NCBI GenBank assembly: GCA_015657635.1
Contig: JACDQM010000034.1
Coordinates: 9,925 to 73,924, forward strand
DNA from: Roseateles sp.
GTDB lineage: Bacteria; Pseudomonadota; Gammaproteobacteria; Burkholderiales; Burkholderiaceae_C
Length of the DNA: 64,000 bases
Direction of reading: 5' to 3'
Of this stretch, positions 63,495-64,000 are shown one piece after another (positions within the stretch are counted from its first letter, which is position 1; the number at the start of each line of letters is the position of its first letter). The notes beneath the pieces were generated by a model. It had not been told where the DNA came from, searched no databases, and saw only the letters and a list, made by a program, of their open reading frames with translations. The position numbers and the translations under genes were made by a program.

Positions 63495-64000
63495 TCAGCC
63501 GGCCGCCGCCGCGCTGCCAGCCTGCACCGGTTCATCGCGGCTGATCTGCCCGTCCACCAGCTCGACCACCCGGTCGCAACGCGCCGCCAGGCGCGGGTCA
63601 TGCGTGACGATCAGAAACGAGGTGCCCAGCTCCGCATGCATGCGGCGCATCAAGGCGAACACCTCGTCGGACGAAGCGGTGTCCAGATTGCCGGTCGGCT
63701 CATCGGCCAGCACCAGCGGCGGACGCATCACCAGCGCGCGGGCAATCGCCACGCGCTGCTGCATGCCGCCCGACAGCTCGCCCGGCTTCTTGTGCAACGC
63801 GGCACCCAGGCCCATGCTGTCCAGCACCGCGCGCGCATGCTCGCGCTGCGCCGCGCTGACGCGGCCGTCGCGCATCAGCGCCGGCAGCGTGACGTTCTCC
63901 AGCGCGCTGAAAGCCGGCAGCAGGTGGTGGAACTGAAACACAAAGCCCAGCGCGCTGCGGCGCTTCAACGTCAGGCCCGCATCGTCCAGGCCGCCGACCT
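63495..64000 (-). CDS. LolD/MacB-type ABC transporter ATP-binding protein; 5' end beyond the window
   Basis: [36 protein letters not shown] and VTHD motifs. Confidence 0.9.
   Translation of the reverse strand, partial: VGGLDDAGLTLKRRSALGFVFQFHHLLPAFSALENVTLPALMRDGRVSAAQREHARAVLDSMGLGAALHKKPGELSGGMQQRVAIARALVMRPPLVLADEPTGNLDTASSDEVFALMRRMHAELGTSFLIVTHDPRLAARCDRVVELVDGQISRDEPVQAGSAAAAG

Overview
High-GC bacterial chromosomal window. Gene content and protein style point to a Betaproteobacterium of the Burkholderiales, possibly Roseateles/Paucibacter/Pelomonas-like (inference only). From left to right: (1) ~1-17.4 kb is a pectin/galacturonate utilisation locus (kduD, kduI, kdgF, TonB-dependent receptor, SGNH esterase-PL1 lyase fusion, GH43, PL10 lyase, YgjV, kdgK, uronate dehydrogenase, lactonase, TRAP dctPQM, garD) with two KdgR-like operator palindromes. 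(2) A small exported protein built from two TonB-box-like motifs follows it. (3) An MHYT/PAS hybrid kinase, a REC/HD-GYP regulator and a BLUF protein form a signalling cluster. (4) groES-groEL has a sigma32 promoter, a CIRCE and an ERIC-like hairpin in the spacer. (5) A housekeeping block: DUF1631-like, PlpD-like patatin, alpha/beta hydrolase, yihA, cytochrome c4, system II cytochrome c biogenesis, msrPQ, an unusual TrxR-like/FolB fusion, ttcA, glmU. (6) A mixed block includes a full-length but catalytically altered RAYT/Y1 transposase homologue, a potassium channel, a candidate structured RNA, a sirtuin and a double-length UvrA. (7) A malonate cluster, an outer-membrane beta-barrel and a partial ABC ATPase end the window. 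About seven single-base indels break otherwise intact genes and look like assembly errors. No rRNA, tRNA, CRISPR array or prophage was seen. The best leads for undescribed biology are the TonB-box mini-protein, the apparently domesticated RAYT, the TrxR-FolB fusion beside ttcA, and the structured intergenic elements.
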